64,000 nucleotides of DNA, from the NCBI GenBank assembly GCA_040285825.1, contig JAUPSS010000001.1, forward strand, positions 1,116,001-1,180,000, given 5' to 3'. Under the pieces are notes generated by a model that was given only the letters and a program-made list of their open reading frames with translations, did not search any database and was not told where the DNA came from. Below are positions 35,943-47,540 of this stretch, in pieces. Position 1 is the first letter of the stretch, and every line of letters begins with the position of its first letter. Source of the DNA: Eukaryota sp. TZLM1-RC. Taxonomy: Eukaryota > Protista > Metamonada: BaSk clade. The translations under genes and the position numbers were made by a program.

Positions 35943-36840
35943 TCAGTCAGACTCAAGATCCAATTCAGTCAGAGTGGAATTGCTCTCCAGAGCACGGGCG
36001 AGAGCACTAGCGCCTTCAGAGGTAATGTTGTTGGACCGAAGATACAATTCAGTCAGAGTGGAATTGCTCTCCAGAGCACGGGCGAGAGCACTAGCGCCTT
36101 CAGAGGTAATGTTGTTGGACCGAAGATACAATGTAGTCAGAGTGGAATTTCTCTCCAGAGCACGAGCGAGAGCACTAGCGCCTTCAGAGGTAATGTTGTT
36201 GTCCCCAAGACTCAATCTAGTCAGAGTGGAATTGCTCTCCAGAGCACGGGCGAGAGCACTAGCGCCTTCAGAGGTAATTTTGTTGAACCCAAGATACAAT
36301 TCAGTCAGAGTGGAATTACTCTCCAGAGCACGGGCGAGAGCACTAGCGCCTTCATCAGCAATTTGGTTTTCCGTGATAGCAAAAGGGCCATTTCCAAGAT
36401 CTAATGTAGTCAGAGTGGAATTACTCTCCAGAGCACGGGCAAGAGCACTAGCGCCTTCAGAGGTAATGTTGTTGTGCTCAAGATTCAATTCAGTCAGAGT
36501 GGAATTGCTCTCCAGAGCACGGGCGAGGGCACTAGTGCCTTCATCGGTAATGTCGTTGAACTGAAGATCCAATGTAGTCAGAGTGGAATTGCTCTCCAGA
36601 GCACGGGCGAGATCACTAGCGCCTTCAGAGGTAATTGTGCTGCCCCCAAGAAACAATGTAGTCAGAGAGGAATTGCTCTCCAGAGCACGGGCGAGAGCAC
36701 TAGCGCCTTCAGAGGTAATGTTGTTGGACCGAAGATACAATTCAGTCAGAGTGGAATTGCTCTCCAGAGCACGGGCGAGAGCACTAGCGCCTTCAGAGGT
36801 AATGTTGTTGGACCGAAGATACAATGTAGTCAGAGTGGAG
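35943..36840 (-). pseudogene. LRR cassette 3 (10 full modules + terminal module, reshuffled order)
   Basis: Open frame of 28-aa RI/NLRC3-type repeats, fused upstream to antisense RLE sequence. Confidence 0.9.
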
Positions 36841-37998
36841 TTTTTCCTGGGCAATTCTGTTTGTATTTGTAATGAAAAACCTACTACCAATTTCCGTCAT
36901 ATTGTTAGTTGTAAGAAATTCCTTCAATATCGGTCAGTTCTTCATAATGCCGTTCGTGGTGTGACATATGAGATGTTCAAGTGTTACAATTTGAGGTGCA
37001 AAGTAGAACCGTTGTTGAAGCATTATATCAATAATAATCTGTTTAATTCACGTCGAGGTGATTTAATTGTTCCTTTTGTGGATTCCTCTCAAGTTGTTGT
37101 TGATTTTGCTACAGTTGATCCCTTTGCTTTTGTTTATCGCGATGATGTTTTACCTAGTGCTAATGGTCATTTAAACAAGGCTGAAGATCGTAACAGAGAT
37201 TAATATACTGGGATATTAAATGATTTAAATAAGAATCTTTACTCAAAGTTTTCGTTTGTTCTCTTTGCCTTTTCGATTTTTGTCAACATTGGACAGTTCG
37301 CCTTGGATTTTAATTAATTTGGTAATTTATGTCGTTTAGGTGGTAAGAAGTTTGCAGGGAATTTATGTAAGAATCGTATAATTTTCGCTTTGTACAGAAG
37401 TGTTCCCGAGTACTTGAGTTTAATGATGTCCAAGCTATATAAGGATTCATCAAGAGTTGGCGTGGAGAATTTTGTTTCTTATGTGTTTCAGTTTGTTTTG
37501 TTATGTTTTGATTCCGCGTAGAAAATCAATACTGTGAAAATTTCCGTACCAATTTCTCACAAAAGGAAATTTTTGCGAATATCATGCAAAATCAAGATCC
37601 ACAAAATCCTAAAATGCCCAATCTTCAGAATCACCCTCATTGATCAAGCACCATGCAGTCGGACCCGGAAAGTGGGAAAGGAAATGCTGGCTCCCACTTT
37701 GGGGTCCCCTTTTGCCAGAAGTGCACAGATGGGATTCGAACCATGTTGCCAAAGCAGAGAACGAAGTGCAAACCCACTGGACTACGATGTTGGCAAATGA
37801 TGCTGTTGATTTTTCTAGTTTATATTGGGTTTTGATTTGTATTGATGTTGGACGATTTTGTAGTTGGTTTTGTGTTGATAATAAAAGTGACTGAAATGTG
37901 TTTATTAAACGGAAATTTGAAGAGAAGGACGATTAGATGCTACTTGTCGAAGTTTGGATTTAGTTGGATTGCTAATGTCGTTGGACTCAAGATCCAAT

Positions 37999-38896
37999 TC
38001 AGTCAGACTCAAGATCCAATTCAGTCAGAGTGGAATTGCTCTCCAGAGCACGGGCGAGAGCACTAGCGCCTTCAGAGGTAATGTTGTTGGACCGAAGATA
38101 CAATTCAGTCAGAGTGGAATTGCTCTCCAGAGCACGGGCGAGAGCACTAGCGCCTTCAGAGGTAATGTTGTTGGACCGAAGATACAATGTAGTCAGAGTG
38201 GAATTTCTCTCCAGAGCACGAGCGAGAGCACTAGCGCCTTCAGAGGTAATGTTGTTGTCCCCAAGACTCAATCTAGTCAGAGTGGAATTGCTCTCCAGAG
38301 CACGGGCGAGAGCACTAGCGCCTTCAGAGGTAATTTTGTTGAACCCAAGATACAATTCAGTCAGAGTGGAATTACTCTCCAGAGCACGGGCGAGAGCACT
38401 AGCGCCTTCATCAGCAATTTGGTTTTCCGTGATAGCAAAAGGGCCATTTCCAAGATCTAATGTAGTCAGAGTGGAATTACTCTCCAGAGCACGGGCAAGA
38501 GCACTAGCGCCTTCAGAGGTAATGTTGTTGTGCTCAAGATTCAATTCAGTCAGAGTGGAATTGCTCTCCAGAGCACGGGCGAGGGCACTAGTGCCTTCAT
38601 CGGTAATGTCGTTGAACTGAAGATCCAATGTAGTCAGAGTGGAATTGCTCTCCAGAGCACGGGCGAGATCACTAGCGCCTTCAGAGGTAATTGTGCTGCC
38701 CCCAAGAAACAATGTAGTCAGAGAGGAATTGCTCTCCAGAGCACGGGCGAGAGCACTAGCGCCTTCAGAGGTAATGTTGTTGGACCGAAGATACAATTCA
38801 GTCAGAGTGGAATTGCTCTCCAGAGCACGGGCGAGAGCACTAGCGCCTTCAGAGGTAATGTTGTTGGACCGAAGATACAATGTAGTCAGAGTGGAG
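37999..38896 (-). pseudogene. LRR cassette 4 (10 full modules + terminal module, reshuffled order)
   Basis: Same translation as cassette 3. Confidence 0.9.
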
Positions 38897-40087
38897 TTTT
38901 TCCTGGGCAATTCTGTTTGTATTTGTAATGAAAAACCTACTACCAATTTCCGTCATATTGTTAGTTGTAAGAAATTCCTTCAATATCGGTCAGTTCTTCA
39001 TAATGCCGTTCGTGGTGTGACATATGAGATGTTCAAGTGTTACAATTTGAGGTGCAAAGTAGAACCGTTGTTGAAGCATTATATCAATAACAATCTGTTT
39101 AATTCACGTCGAGGTGATTTAATTGTTCCTTTTGTGGATTCCTCTCAAGTTGTTGTTGATTTTGCTACAGTTGATCCCTTTGCTTTTGTTTATCGCGATG
39201 ATGTTTTACCTAGTGCTAATGGTCATTTAAACAAGGCTGAAGATCGTAACAGAGATTAATATACTGGGATATTAAATGATTTAAATAAGAATCTTTACTC
39301 AAAGTTTTCGTTTGTTCTCTTTGCCTTTTCGATTTTTGTCAACATTGGACAGTTCGCCTTGGATTTTAATTAATTTGGTAATTTATGTCGTTTAGGTGGT
39401 AAGAAGTTTGCAGGGAATTTATGTAAGAATCGTATAATTTTCGCAGGGAATTTATGTAAGAATCGTATAATTTTCGCTTTGTACAGAAGTGTTCCCGAGT
39501 ACTTGAGTTTAATGATGTCCAAGCTATATAAGGATTCATCAAGAGTTGGCGTGGAGAATTTTGTTTCTTATGTGTTTCAGTTTGTTTTGTTATGTTTTGA
39601 TTCCGCGTAGAAAATCAATACTGTGAAAATTTCCGTACCAATTTCTCACAAAAGGAAATTTTTGCGAATATCATGCAAAATCAAGATCCACAAAATCCTA
39701 AAATGCCCAATCTTCAGAATCACCCTCATTGATCAAGTACCATGCAGTCGGACCCAGAAAGTGGGAAAGGAAATGCTGGCTCCCACTTTGGGGTCCCCTT
39801 TTGCCAGAAGTGCACAGATGGGATTCGAACCATGTTGCCAAAGCAGAGAACGAAGTGCAAACCCACTGGACTACGATGTTGGCAAATGATGCTGTTGATT
39901 TTTCTAGTTTATATTGGGTTTTGATTTGTATTGATGTTGGACGATTTTGTAGTTGGTTTTGTGTTGATAATAAAAGTGACTGAAATGTGTTTATTAAACG
40001 GAAATTTGAAGAGAAGGACGATTAGATGCTACTTGTCGAAGTTTGGATTTAGTTGGATTGCTAATGTCGTTGGACTCAAGATCCAAT

Positions 40088-42913
40088 TCAGTCAGACTCA
40101 AGATCCAATTCAGTCAGAGTGGAATTGCTCTCCAGAGCACGGGCGAGAGCACTAGCGCCTTCAGAGGTAATGTTGTTGGACCGAAGATACAATTCAGTCA
40201 GAGTGGAATTGCTCTCCAGAGCACGGGCGAGAGCACTAGCGCCTTCAGAGGTAATGTTGTTGGACCGAAGATACAATGTAGTCAGAGTGGAATTGCTCTC
40301 CAGAGCACGGGCGAGAGCACTAGCGCCTTCAGAGGTAATTTTGTTGAACCCAAGATCCAATGTAGTCAGAGTGGAATTTCTCTCCAGAGCACGAGCGAGA
40401 GCACTAGCGCCTTCAGAGGTAATGTTGTTGTCCCCAAGACTCAATCTAGTCAGAGTGGAATTGCTCTCCAGAGCACGGGCGAGAGCACTAGCGCCTTCAG
40501 AGGTAATTTTGTTGAACCCAAGATACAATTCAGTCAGAGTGGAATTACTCTCCAGAGCACGGGCGAGAGCACTAGCGCCTTCATCAGCAATTTGGTTTTC
40601 CGTGATAGCAAAAGGGCCATTTCCAAGATCTAATGTAGTCAGAGTGGAATTACTCTCCAGAGCACGGGCAAGAGCACTAGCGCCTTCAGAGGTAATGTTG
40701 TTGTGCTCAAGATTCAATTCAGTCAGAGTGGAATTGCTCTCCAGAGCACGGGCGAGGGCACTAGTGCCTTCATCGGTAATGTCGTTGAACTGAAGATCCA
40801 ATGTAGTCAGAGTGGAATTGCTCTCCAGAGCACGGGCGAGATCACTAGCGCCTTCAGAGGTAATTGTGCTGCCCCCAAGAAACAATGTAGTCAGAGAGGA
40901 ATTGTTCTCCAGAGCACGGGCGAGAGCACTAGCACCTTCATCGGTAATGTTGTTGCCCCAAAGATTCAATTCAGTCAGAGAGGAATTGCTCTCCAGAGCA
41001 CGGGCGAGAGCACTAGCGCCTTCATCGGTAATGTTATTGTCCCCAAGATTCAATTCAGTCAGAGAGGAATTGCTCTCCAGAGCACGGGCGAGAGCACTAG
41101 CGCCTTCATCGGTAATGTTGTTGTACCGAAGATACAATTCAGTCAGAGTGGAATTGCTCTCCAGAGCACGGGCGAGAGCATTAGCGCCTTCAGAGATAAA
41201 GTTGTCCCCAAGATTCAATTCAGTCAGAGAGGAATTGCTCTCCAGAGCACGGGCGAGAGCACTAGCGCCTTCAGAGGTAATGTTGTTGTAGTGAAGATAT
41301 AATTCAGTCAGAGAGGAATTGCTCTCCAGAGCACGGGCGAGAGCACTAGCGCCTTCAGAGGTAATGTTGTTGTAGTGAAGATACAATTCAGTCAGAGTGG
41401 AATTGCTCTCCAGAGCACGGGCGAGGGCACCAGTGCCTTCATCGGTAATGTTGTTGAACTGAAGATCCAATTCAGTGATGGAACCATCAACCAAACCCTC
41501 AACACCCTTCTTCACCTTATCCCCCAATCCATTCCAATATACATTCGACTTGATTTCTTCCAAAATTTCTTCCTTAGATACAGAATTAGTTCTACTGAGT
41601 AGAATATTTTGCCTTTTCAATTCATCAATGGTAGATCTAAGGTTGGCATTTTCTGTATCTTTCTCAGCAATACTAGCCTTGCTGGCATTAAAAGCTTCTT
41701 CCATAGTGGCAATTCTAGCATCACGTTCTTCCAAAATGTGACTGAGGTGTTGATTGGAAGCATTGATACCGGCCCTTTCTTCTTCCAACCGCCCAATTCT
41801 GGAATCCCGTTCAGTCAAATCGTTGATGAGTTGTTGATTGGAAGCCTCCAAATCAGCAACATTCTTTCGTAGAGACTCGATTGTAGAGTTGGCAGATTGC
41901 AGTTGCGTTTGAAAATCATTGTTAATATTAATAGGATTTTCATCACCTTCTTCAGCAAAGTCATCCAATTGATCCAAAACTAGAAGAACTTGAGCAATAC
42001 TTGGTCTGGCAGCTGGATCTGAAGAGCAACATTGGGCGATTAATTCTTTGAGAACATGGGGAACGTGTTCACCCAAAGCAAATGGTGTCTTAAAATACTT
42101 AGCTCCCATTATGGCAATCTGATCCATATTGACAAATGGCCTATAATTACAGAGTAACTCACAAAGGATGATTCCAATTGCATAGATGTCTGAGGCAAGA
42201 GACAATTTGTTCTCAAACTGCTCCAAGGCTGCATACCGTGCTGTACATGATAGATTGGTAGCCGTGGAAGTCTTGGCAACAGTCCTGGATGTTCCAAAAT
42301 CGGCTAATTTGATTTGCCCATTGACAAAAAGAATGTTTTCGGGCTTGAGATCTCCATGTGCAAGTGATTTGGAGTGCAGAAAACGGACTGCCTGGCAGAT
42401 CTTCTTGGCAAACAAGAGACTTTGTTTAGTCAATCTTGACGGCACTGACAGAGAACCTTCAGCAAGTTCCATAATTATGGCGAGTCTGTCCATTAAGCTG
42501 ACCAGACCAAAAACGCGGAGGATAAAGGGATGATCAATCTTGGCCATAATACCAATCTCTTTCCTCAGTCGTTTCTTACCTTCTTCTGTGAGAGCAACAG
42601 TCTTGGCGGCGACGTCCGAATCAAACCAAGAAGCAGCAAACACCTGGGCATATCCTCCTTGACCAATCATGTGCAAAAGTTTGACCTGATTAGAGGGAAT
42701 GTGTACACAGAGGTCCTCCTTGCAAGAAGCTTTGGCTATATCGCGCAAACTGAGGTTGACTTCCGGTGACGGCAGGATATCTTCATTGCAGATCGGACAG
42801 GATTCCACAGCATCAGAGCATACACCGCATACACTATGCCGCTGACTGCAAACAACCAGTGGCACACGAGACTCTTCGTTGAAATCCATTGAACAATGTG
42901 GACACGAGAGCAT
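40088..42913 (-). CDS. RING-finger / TKL-type protein kinase / coiled-coil / 16x RI-like LRR protein
   Basis: CPHC...C..RHSVCGVC...CPIC (RING); GQGGYAQV, AAK, HGDLKPEN, DFG, YAALE, DIYAIG (kinase); heptad region; NSTLTELxLxxNNITSEGASALARALES repeats; C-cap cut off by a 22-bp duplication. Confidence 0.92.
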   Translation of the reverse strand: MLSCPHCSMDFNEESRVPLVVCSQRHSVCGVCSDAVESCPICNEDILPSPEVNLSLRDIAKASCKEDLCVHIPSNQVKLLHMIGQGGYAQVFAASWFDSDVAAKTVALTEEGKKRLRKEIGIMAKIDHPFILRVFGLVSLMDRLAIIMELAEGSLSVPSRLTKQSLLFAKKICQAVRFLHSKSLAHGDLKPENILFVNGQIKLADFGTSRTVAKTSTATNLSCTARYAALEQFENKLSLASDIYAIGIILCELLCNYRPFVNMDQIAIMGAKYFKTPFALGEHVPHVLKELIAQCCSSDPAARPSIAQVLLVLDQLDDFAEEGDENPININNDFQTQLQSANSTIESLRKNVADLEASNQQLINDLTERDSRIGRLEEERAGINASNQHLSHILEERDARIATMEEAFNASKASIAEKDTENANLRSTIDELKRQNILLSRTNSVSKEEILEEIKSNVYWNGLGDKVKKGVEGLVDGSITELDLQFNNITDEGTGALARALESNSTLTELYLHYNNITSEGASALARALESNSSLTELYLHYNNITSEGASALARALESNSSLTELNLGDNFISEGANALARALESNSTLTELYLRYNNITDEGASALARALESNSSLTELNLGDNNITDEGASALARALESNSSLTELNLWGNNITDEGASALARALENNSSLTTLFLGGSTITSEGASDLARALESNSTLTTLDLQFNDITDEGTSALARALESNSTLTELNLEHNNITSEGASALARALESNSTLTTLDLGNGPFAITENQIADEGASALARALESNSTLTELYLGFNKITSEGASALARALESNSTLTRLSLGDNNITSEGASALARALERNSTLTTLDLGFNKITSEGASALARALESNSTLTTLYLRSNNITSEGASALARALESNSTLTELYLRSNNITSEGASALARALESNSTLTELDLESD

Positions 42914-43226
42914 TGTGAGAAAATATGATAATTACCAAAATTGCCAATGAGGATTCCCTCATGCTGATTTCTATTTCCCAATGGTCATAGGTGCCATTTC
43001 GCACAACATATTTCACATATTTGTCACGATCTATATGTGCCCCATCTAGACCACCATTTAGTACTCAGTTTTGGGCATATCGTGCTACATGAGAATTGCC
43101 ATAATGAAAATGACACTTTGAGCAAAGACTTCGTACACCTGGACCCGTGTATTACAATCCAAGACTTCCCTTCAAGCAAACCTTCGGCCAATCACGCCTT
43201 TCCACAGCTCCTCCCCGAACAATTTT

Positions 43227-44525
43227 AACACTTGAACATCTCATATGTCAAATCACGAACGGCATTATTAAGAACTGACCTATATTGGAGAAATTTCTTA
43301 CAGCTCACAATATGACGGAAATTGGTAGTATGTTTTTCATTACAAATACAAACAGAATTGCCCAAAAGACCACTTGGATACAACCCTAATCTCAACTACA
43401 TGTTTTGTTTTCAAGCTTCATTTGTTAAGTGAAGACCAAATGGCCTTGGTTGCTGAGATAATAATAAACTAGTGCAGTTCTGGCATGTTGTTCTTTTCTT
43501 TTGCTTTCTTTGGTCTGCATCGTGCTTGATCAATGAGCGTGATTCTTAAGATTGGGTATTTTGTGTTTTTGTGGATCTTGATTTTGCATGTTATTCGCAA
43601 AAATTTCCTTTTGTGAGAAATTGTTACTGTGATTTTAACAACAATATTGATTTTCTACGCAGAATCAAATCAAATCAAACTAAAGCACATAAGAAACAAA
43701 ATAATTTGGGCTTCTGTACAAAGCGAAAATGATACGATTCTTCCATAAATTCCCTGCAAAATTGTTACCACTTGAACGACACAAATTACCAAAATCATTG
43801 ATAAAATCCAAGGCGAACTGTCCAATGTTGACAAAAATCGAAAAGGCAAAAGGAACAAACGAAAACTTTGAGTAAAGATTCTTATTTCAATCATTTGATA
43901 TCCCAGTTTATTTATCTCTTTTTTGGTCTTCAGCCTTGTTAAAATGACCATTAGCACTAGGTAAAACATCATCACGATAAATAAAAGCGAAGGTTTCAAC
44001 TTGAGAGAATTCAACAAAAGGAGCAATTAAATCACCTCGACGTGAATTAAACAGCAACAATGGTTTTACTTTGCAACTAAGATTGTAACACTTGAACATC
44101 TCATATGTCACATCACGAACGGCATTATGAAGAACTGACCGATATTGAAGGAATTTCTTACAACTAACAATATGACGGAAATTGGTAGTAGGTTTTTCAT
44201 TACAAATACAAACAGAATTGCCCAAAAGACCACTTGGATACAGCCCCAATCTCAACCGCATGTTTTGTTTCCATGCTTCATTTGTTAAGTGGAGACCAAA
44301 TGGTCTTGGTTGCTGAGATAATAAACTAGTGCATTTCTGGATGTCTGATAAAAAGGAAGCAAATTATTAATCATTATTATTATTAGTCACACAAAGTCGT
44401 TTAGGCAAATCCAAGTCTTAAAAACCAATCAGAACAGACTTCTCTAAGTTCACAACAGCAAGGCAAGATGAAGATTGTAGAAAGCTCTCGAAGGTACAGC
44501 AGGCAAACTTGAAGGAAAACTCCTA
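43227..44525 (-). mobile_element. 3' end (RLE) of the CRE element continuing at 51696-53080, plus a second partial tandem copy
   Basis: MRLRLGLYPSGLLGNSVCICNEKP...HNAVRD...RRGDL; the frame VDVWN|RSFPSSLPAV continues across the Gypsy insertion. Confidence 0.85.
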
Positions 44526-44604
44526 TGTTGCCTAAAGTCTATTGTAGTAAAGAAAAGTCTGATTTATTTTCTATTCATATTATATAAGCCTTAGGGCGCC
44601 AACA
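44526..44604 (-). repeat. 3' LTR (79 bp)
   Basis: Identical to 51617-51695; abuts the PPT. Confidence 0.92.
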
Positions 44605-44733
44605 CTGCTTCTTCCCTTTTTCAAAATAAATCAGCTTATATGAATATGAAATAAAAACTATATACAATTAACAAAACAACTATAATAAATACATATAATC
44701 GATATAATATAAATAATCGATATAAACTAAGAA

Positions 44734-46131
44734 TTAGCTCCTCTTCCTAATTCTATAACTGCGTCTAGGCCTCTTAGAAGGCGTAGACTCATTGGAGGTA
44801 CTTTGTCGTCGACTAGTGGTACGTTTTCCAATTTTCTTGTTATCCTTACTAAATAACTTATAAGCTTCTGAATGTTTAACCGAATGGAGTGGCTCTTCTG
44901 TTGTCTCACCGCCAAACCACTGAACAGTACAGAAACTACCTGAATCAGAGTGGTATTCTGAGAGGATTTTCTCTATAACGTGTTTTTCGGAATCGCCTGC
45001 AGCGACTGCCTTGAGGAATTCAATGTCCTGTGGATTTTCTGCGTTATAGATTTTGCAATCTTTCTTGGCAGCTTTTAATTCTGTGCCAGTAGTAAGATTC
45101 TTCAATAATAAAGTGGATTTGGAAGGAAGGTCAATAACTAAAAATGGTCCATTCCAAGATCCATGCAATTTATTATTTTGCTTGGTTTTACGTAAGACGT
45201 AGTCACCAATATTAAATACTATAAAACACGAATTAGTATTATCTACTGAAGACGGAGTATTTAATGTTTGGTGACGCTCTGCTTCTTCCCTTTTTTTCTT
45301 GTAGACGAGTGTTTTTCATTTTGATGTCATCTAATAAAGGGATATTAGTTTCAAATTTGGATAAATTTCCTAATATATTAGCAGGGTCTGTTCTTGGACT
45401 AATCGAAGAACCGAACATGAGTTCGTATGGGGTAAAACCAGTTTTTCTGCTTTTAGTAGAATTTATTAATAGTTGGGATATAGGTACGTATGTAGACCAA
45501 TTTCCGTAATCATTGAAATCTATTAATAGTTTCCTTAAGCATTGAAGAACGTCTCTATGTTTACGTTCTACAAGTCCATTACTTTCTGAATAGTGGGGAA
45601 TTGAGTTACTCATCTCAATCGCTAATCTGTTACACACTATTTTGAAAGTCTCATTGGCGAACTCAGGTCCATTATCACTATGAATTAACATAGGTATGCC
45701 AAAGATAGCGCAAACATTCCAAATCAAGGCATCTGCGGTTTCTAAGGCATTGAGTTCTTTTAGAGGGACTAAAATTGTATATCCAGTAAAAGAGTCTACA
45801 AATACTAATAGATATTTATTTCCTTCGTTGTCAGAATTTAGGGGTCCAATTGTATCGACATTTAATCTGGCAAAGGACGATCTGCCCATAAAGATCCTGT
45901 GGAAGGTGTTTTTGATCTTTTAACTGGAGCCGTTTTTTGACAAGTTGGGCATCTTTTGACATGATTAATAAGGTCCTTTCTCATATTGGGCCAGTAGAAA
46001 TCACTTTTGGACAGTTTGTGTAAACTATCGCTTTTGCTGGGGTGACCAGATTGAACCAAACCATGTATTAATAATAGTGCCTGTTTTCTGAGGCTCTTTG
46101 GAATCAAAATTTTGTTTTTATTATTTTCCAA
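44734..46131 (-). pseudogene. Gypsy integrase + chromodomain-like tail (frameshifted)
   Basis: H..GHP...CPTCQK, VDTIGP, SDNGPEF, SNGLVER, TPYELMFG, WNGPF, VIEKIL...VQWFGGETTEEP. Confidence 0.88.
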
Positions 46132-47540
46132 ATTTGAGTGTTTACATCTAGAATTGCGTTATCAAATAAAGAGTCGTTGTTGTTTTTGGCTATTTGTTGT
46201 TCAGATCTTATCTTAGACAGCCAAGAAGAAAAAATAGGTAGGTCTTGGTGTCTACTTAGAGATGAGATTGAAGGGATGTCTTCAAGATCCGAATCAGAAT
46301 CATCGTCTAGTGGAGGTATCTCGTAATTTGAAAGTAAAGTGTCTGGTATATTTATACTACAAATAGAAGGAGTTTCCTCGTTTTGATCCAAATCAATATT
46401 CCTCGATAACATATCTGCCCAATGGTTGTCTTCACCAGGTTCGTGGACTATGTCAAAGTCGAATTCAGATAGTATCGGCAGCCATCTCTTTACAATTCTA
46501 TTTTTCTCTGGGGCTGTAGCCAGGAATGCAATGTTTTTATGATCTGTGAAAATTGTTAAATGTCTAGTTAACAAGTAGCTTTCTAAACAACTTTCAGTTA
46601 AAAATCAGAAGTATTGCGTATAATTCTTTTTGTAAGGTGGACCATTTTTCTTTGTGTTTCTGTAAGTAATCTACTATAGAATGACAAAGGTTTCACTTTC
46701 CTTTTATTTAGCGGGGTTCCTGCAGGGGAGTAGGGTTCAATTTCTTGCCAAATAACACCTCCTACTGCTACATCTGAAGCGTCAGTACTTATCAATACTC
46801 GCTTGCCCGGAGCTGGTAATTCAAGGGGCATGTGGTTTACTATTAGGTCTTTTATTTGTTTTAAGTAATCGTCATGCTTGCAAGTCCATTTAATTATTCT
46901 GGGTTTTCCTTTAATTAGCTCGTTAATTGGAGCAATTAATTCAGAAATACCTGGAAGCCAATCTCTAATATAATTGATGGATCCTACCAATGAGCGAACT
47001 TCTTTCACTGTTTTTGGTCTAGGGATTCTCATCAAGGCTTCGATTTTTTTCTTACTTATAAATCTAGTTTTATCCTGGAAGGTACTTCCTAAAATGTCGA
47101 TAGGGTGTTTTGATGTTACGAATTTACATTTACGTAAGCCTATATTTACACGTCTATTTCTGGCGCATTGGAGGACTCTTTGTAATCTCTTATAGAAATC
47201 TTCGAAAGTCGTTCCAACTATTATGATATCATCAATATATATAAAAACGCCATCAATTTGGAATATTTCCATCATTACATTTTGGAAAACTGCTGGGATG
47301 TTCTTTAATCCGAAGCAAGCTCTTTTAAACATAATTGATCTTCCAGGGATTGAGATTGATGTTTTCTCAATATCCTTCTCAGCAACATTCATCTGCCAGA
47401 AAGCTTTTGGTAAATCAAGCGTGGCGATGTAATTTGCTCTACTCAAAAATTCTAATATATCACTAATCCTAGGTAGATTAGGCTCTACTGAAATCGTATG
47501 GGCATTAACTCCATCTTTACCACTAAAGTCTCCAGTTAAC
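46104..47540 (-). pseudogene. Gypsy reverse transcriptase / RNase H (frameshifted)
   Basis: LDLPKAFWQ, FGLKN.PA.FQ, YIDDII, TDASD, TDHKN, G.DN..AD.LSR. Confidence 0.9.

Larger units (their letters stand above)
31960..40087. repeat. Tandem array of chimeric units: RLE fragment (+), tRNA-like element (-), 3' end of kinase-LRR gene (-)
   Basis: Unit starts at 31960, 33356, 34752, 36841, 38897 (periods 1396, 1396, 2089, 2056 bp); the fifth unit runs into the full kinase gene. Confidence 0.95.

Noticed and set aside
40074-40096. Mini-intron removing the 22-bp duplication
   Set aside because: The available GT...AG span is 23 nt and would not restore the frame
35943-41480. 84-bp constant/variable repeats as a CRISPR array
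   Set aside because: They encode in-frame LRRs in a eukaryotic gene, the variable parts are homologous to each other, and there are no cas genes
35974-41602. Plus-strand repetitive ORFs (MELLSRARARALAPS..., IQFSQSGIALQSTGESTS...), some fused to RLE peptide
   Set aside because: Antisense shadows of the minus-strand LRR repeats; the fusions are by-products of the array junction
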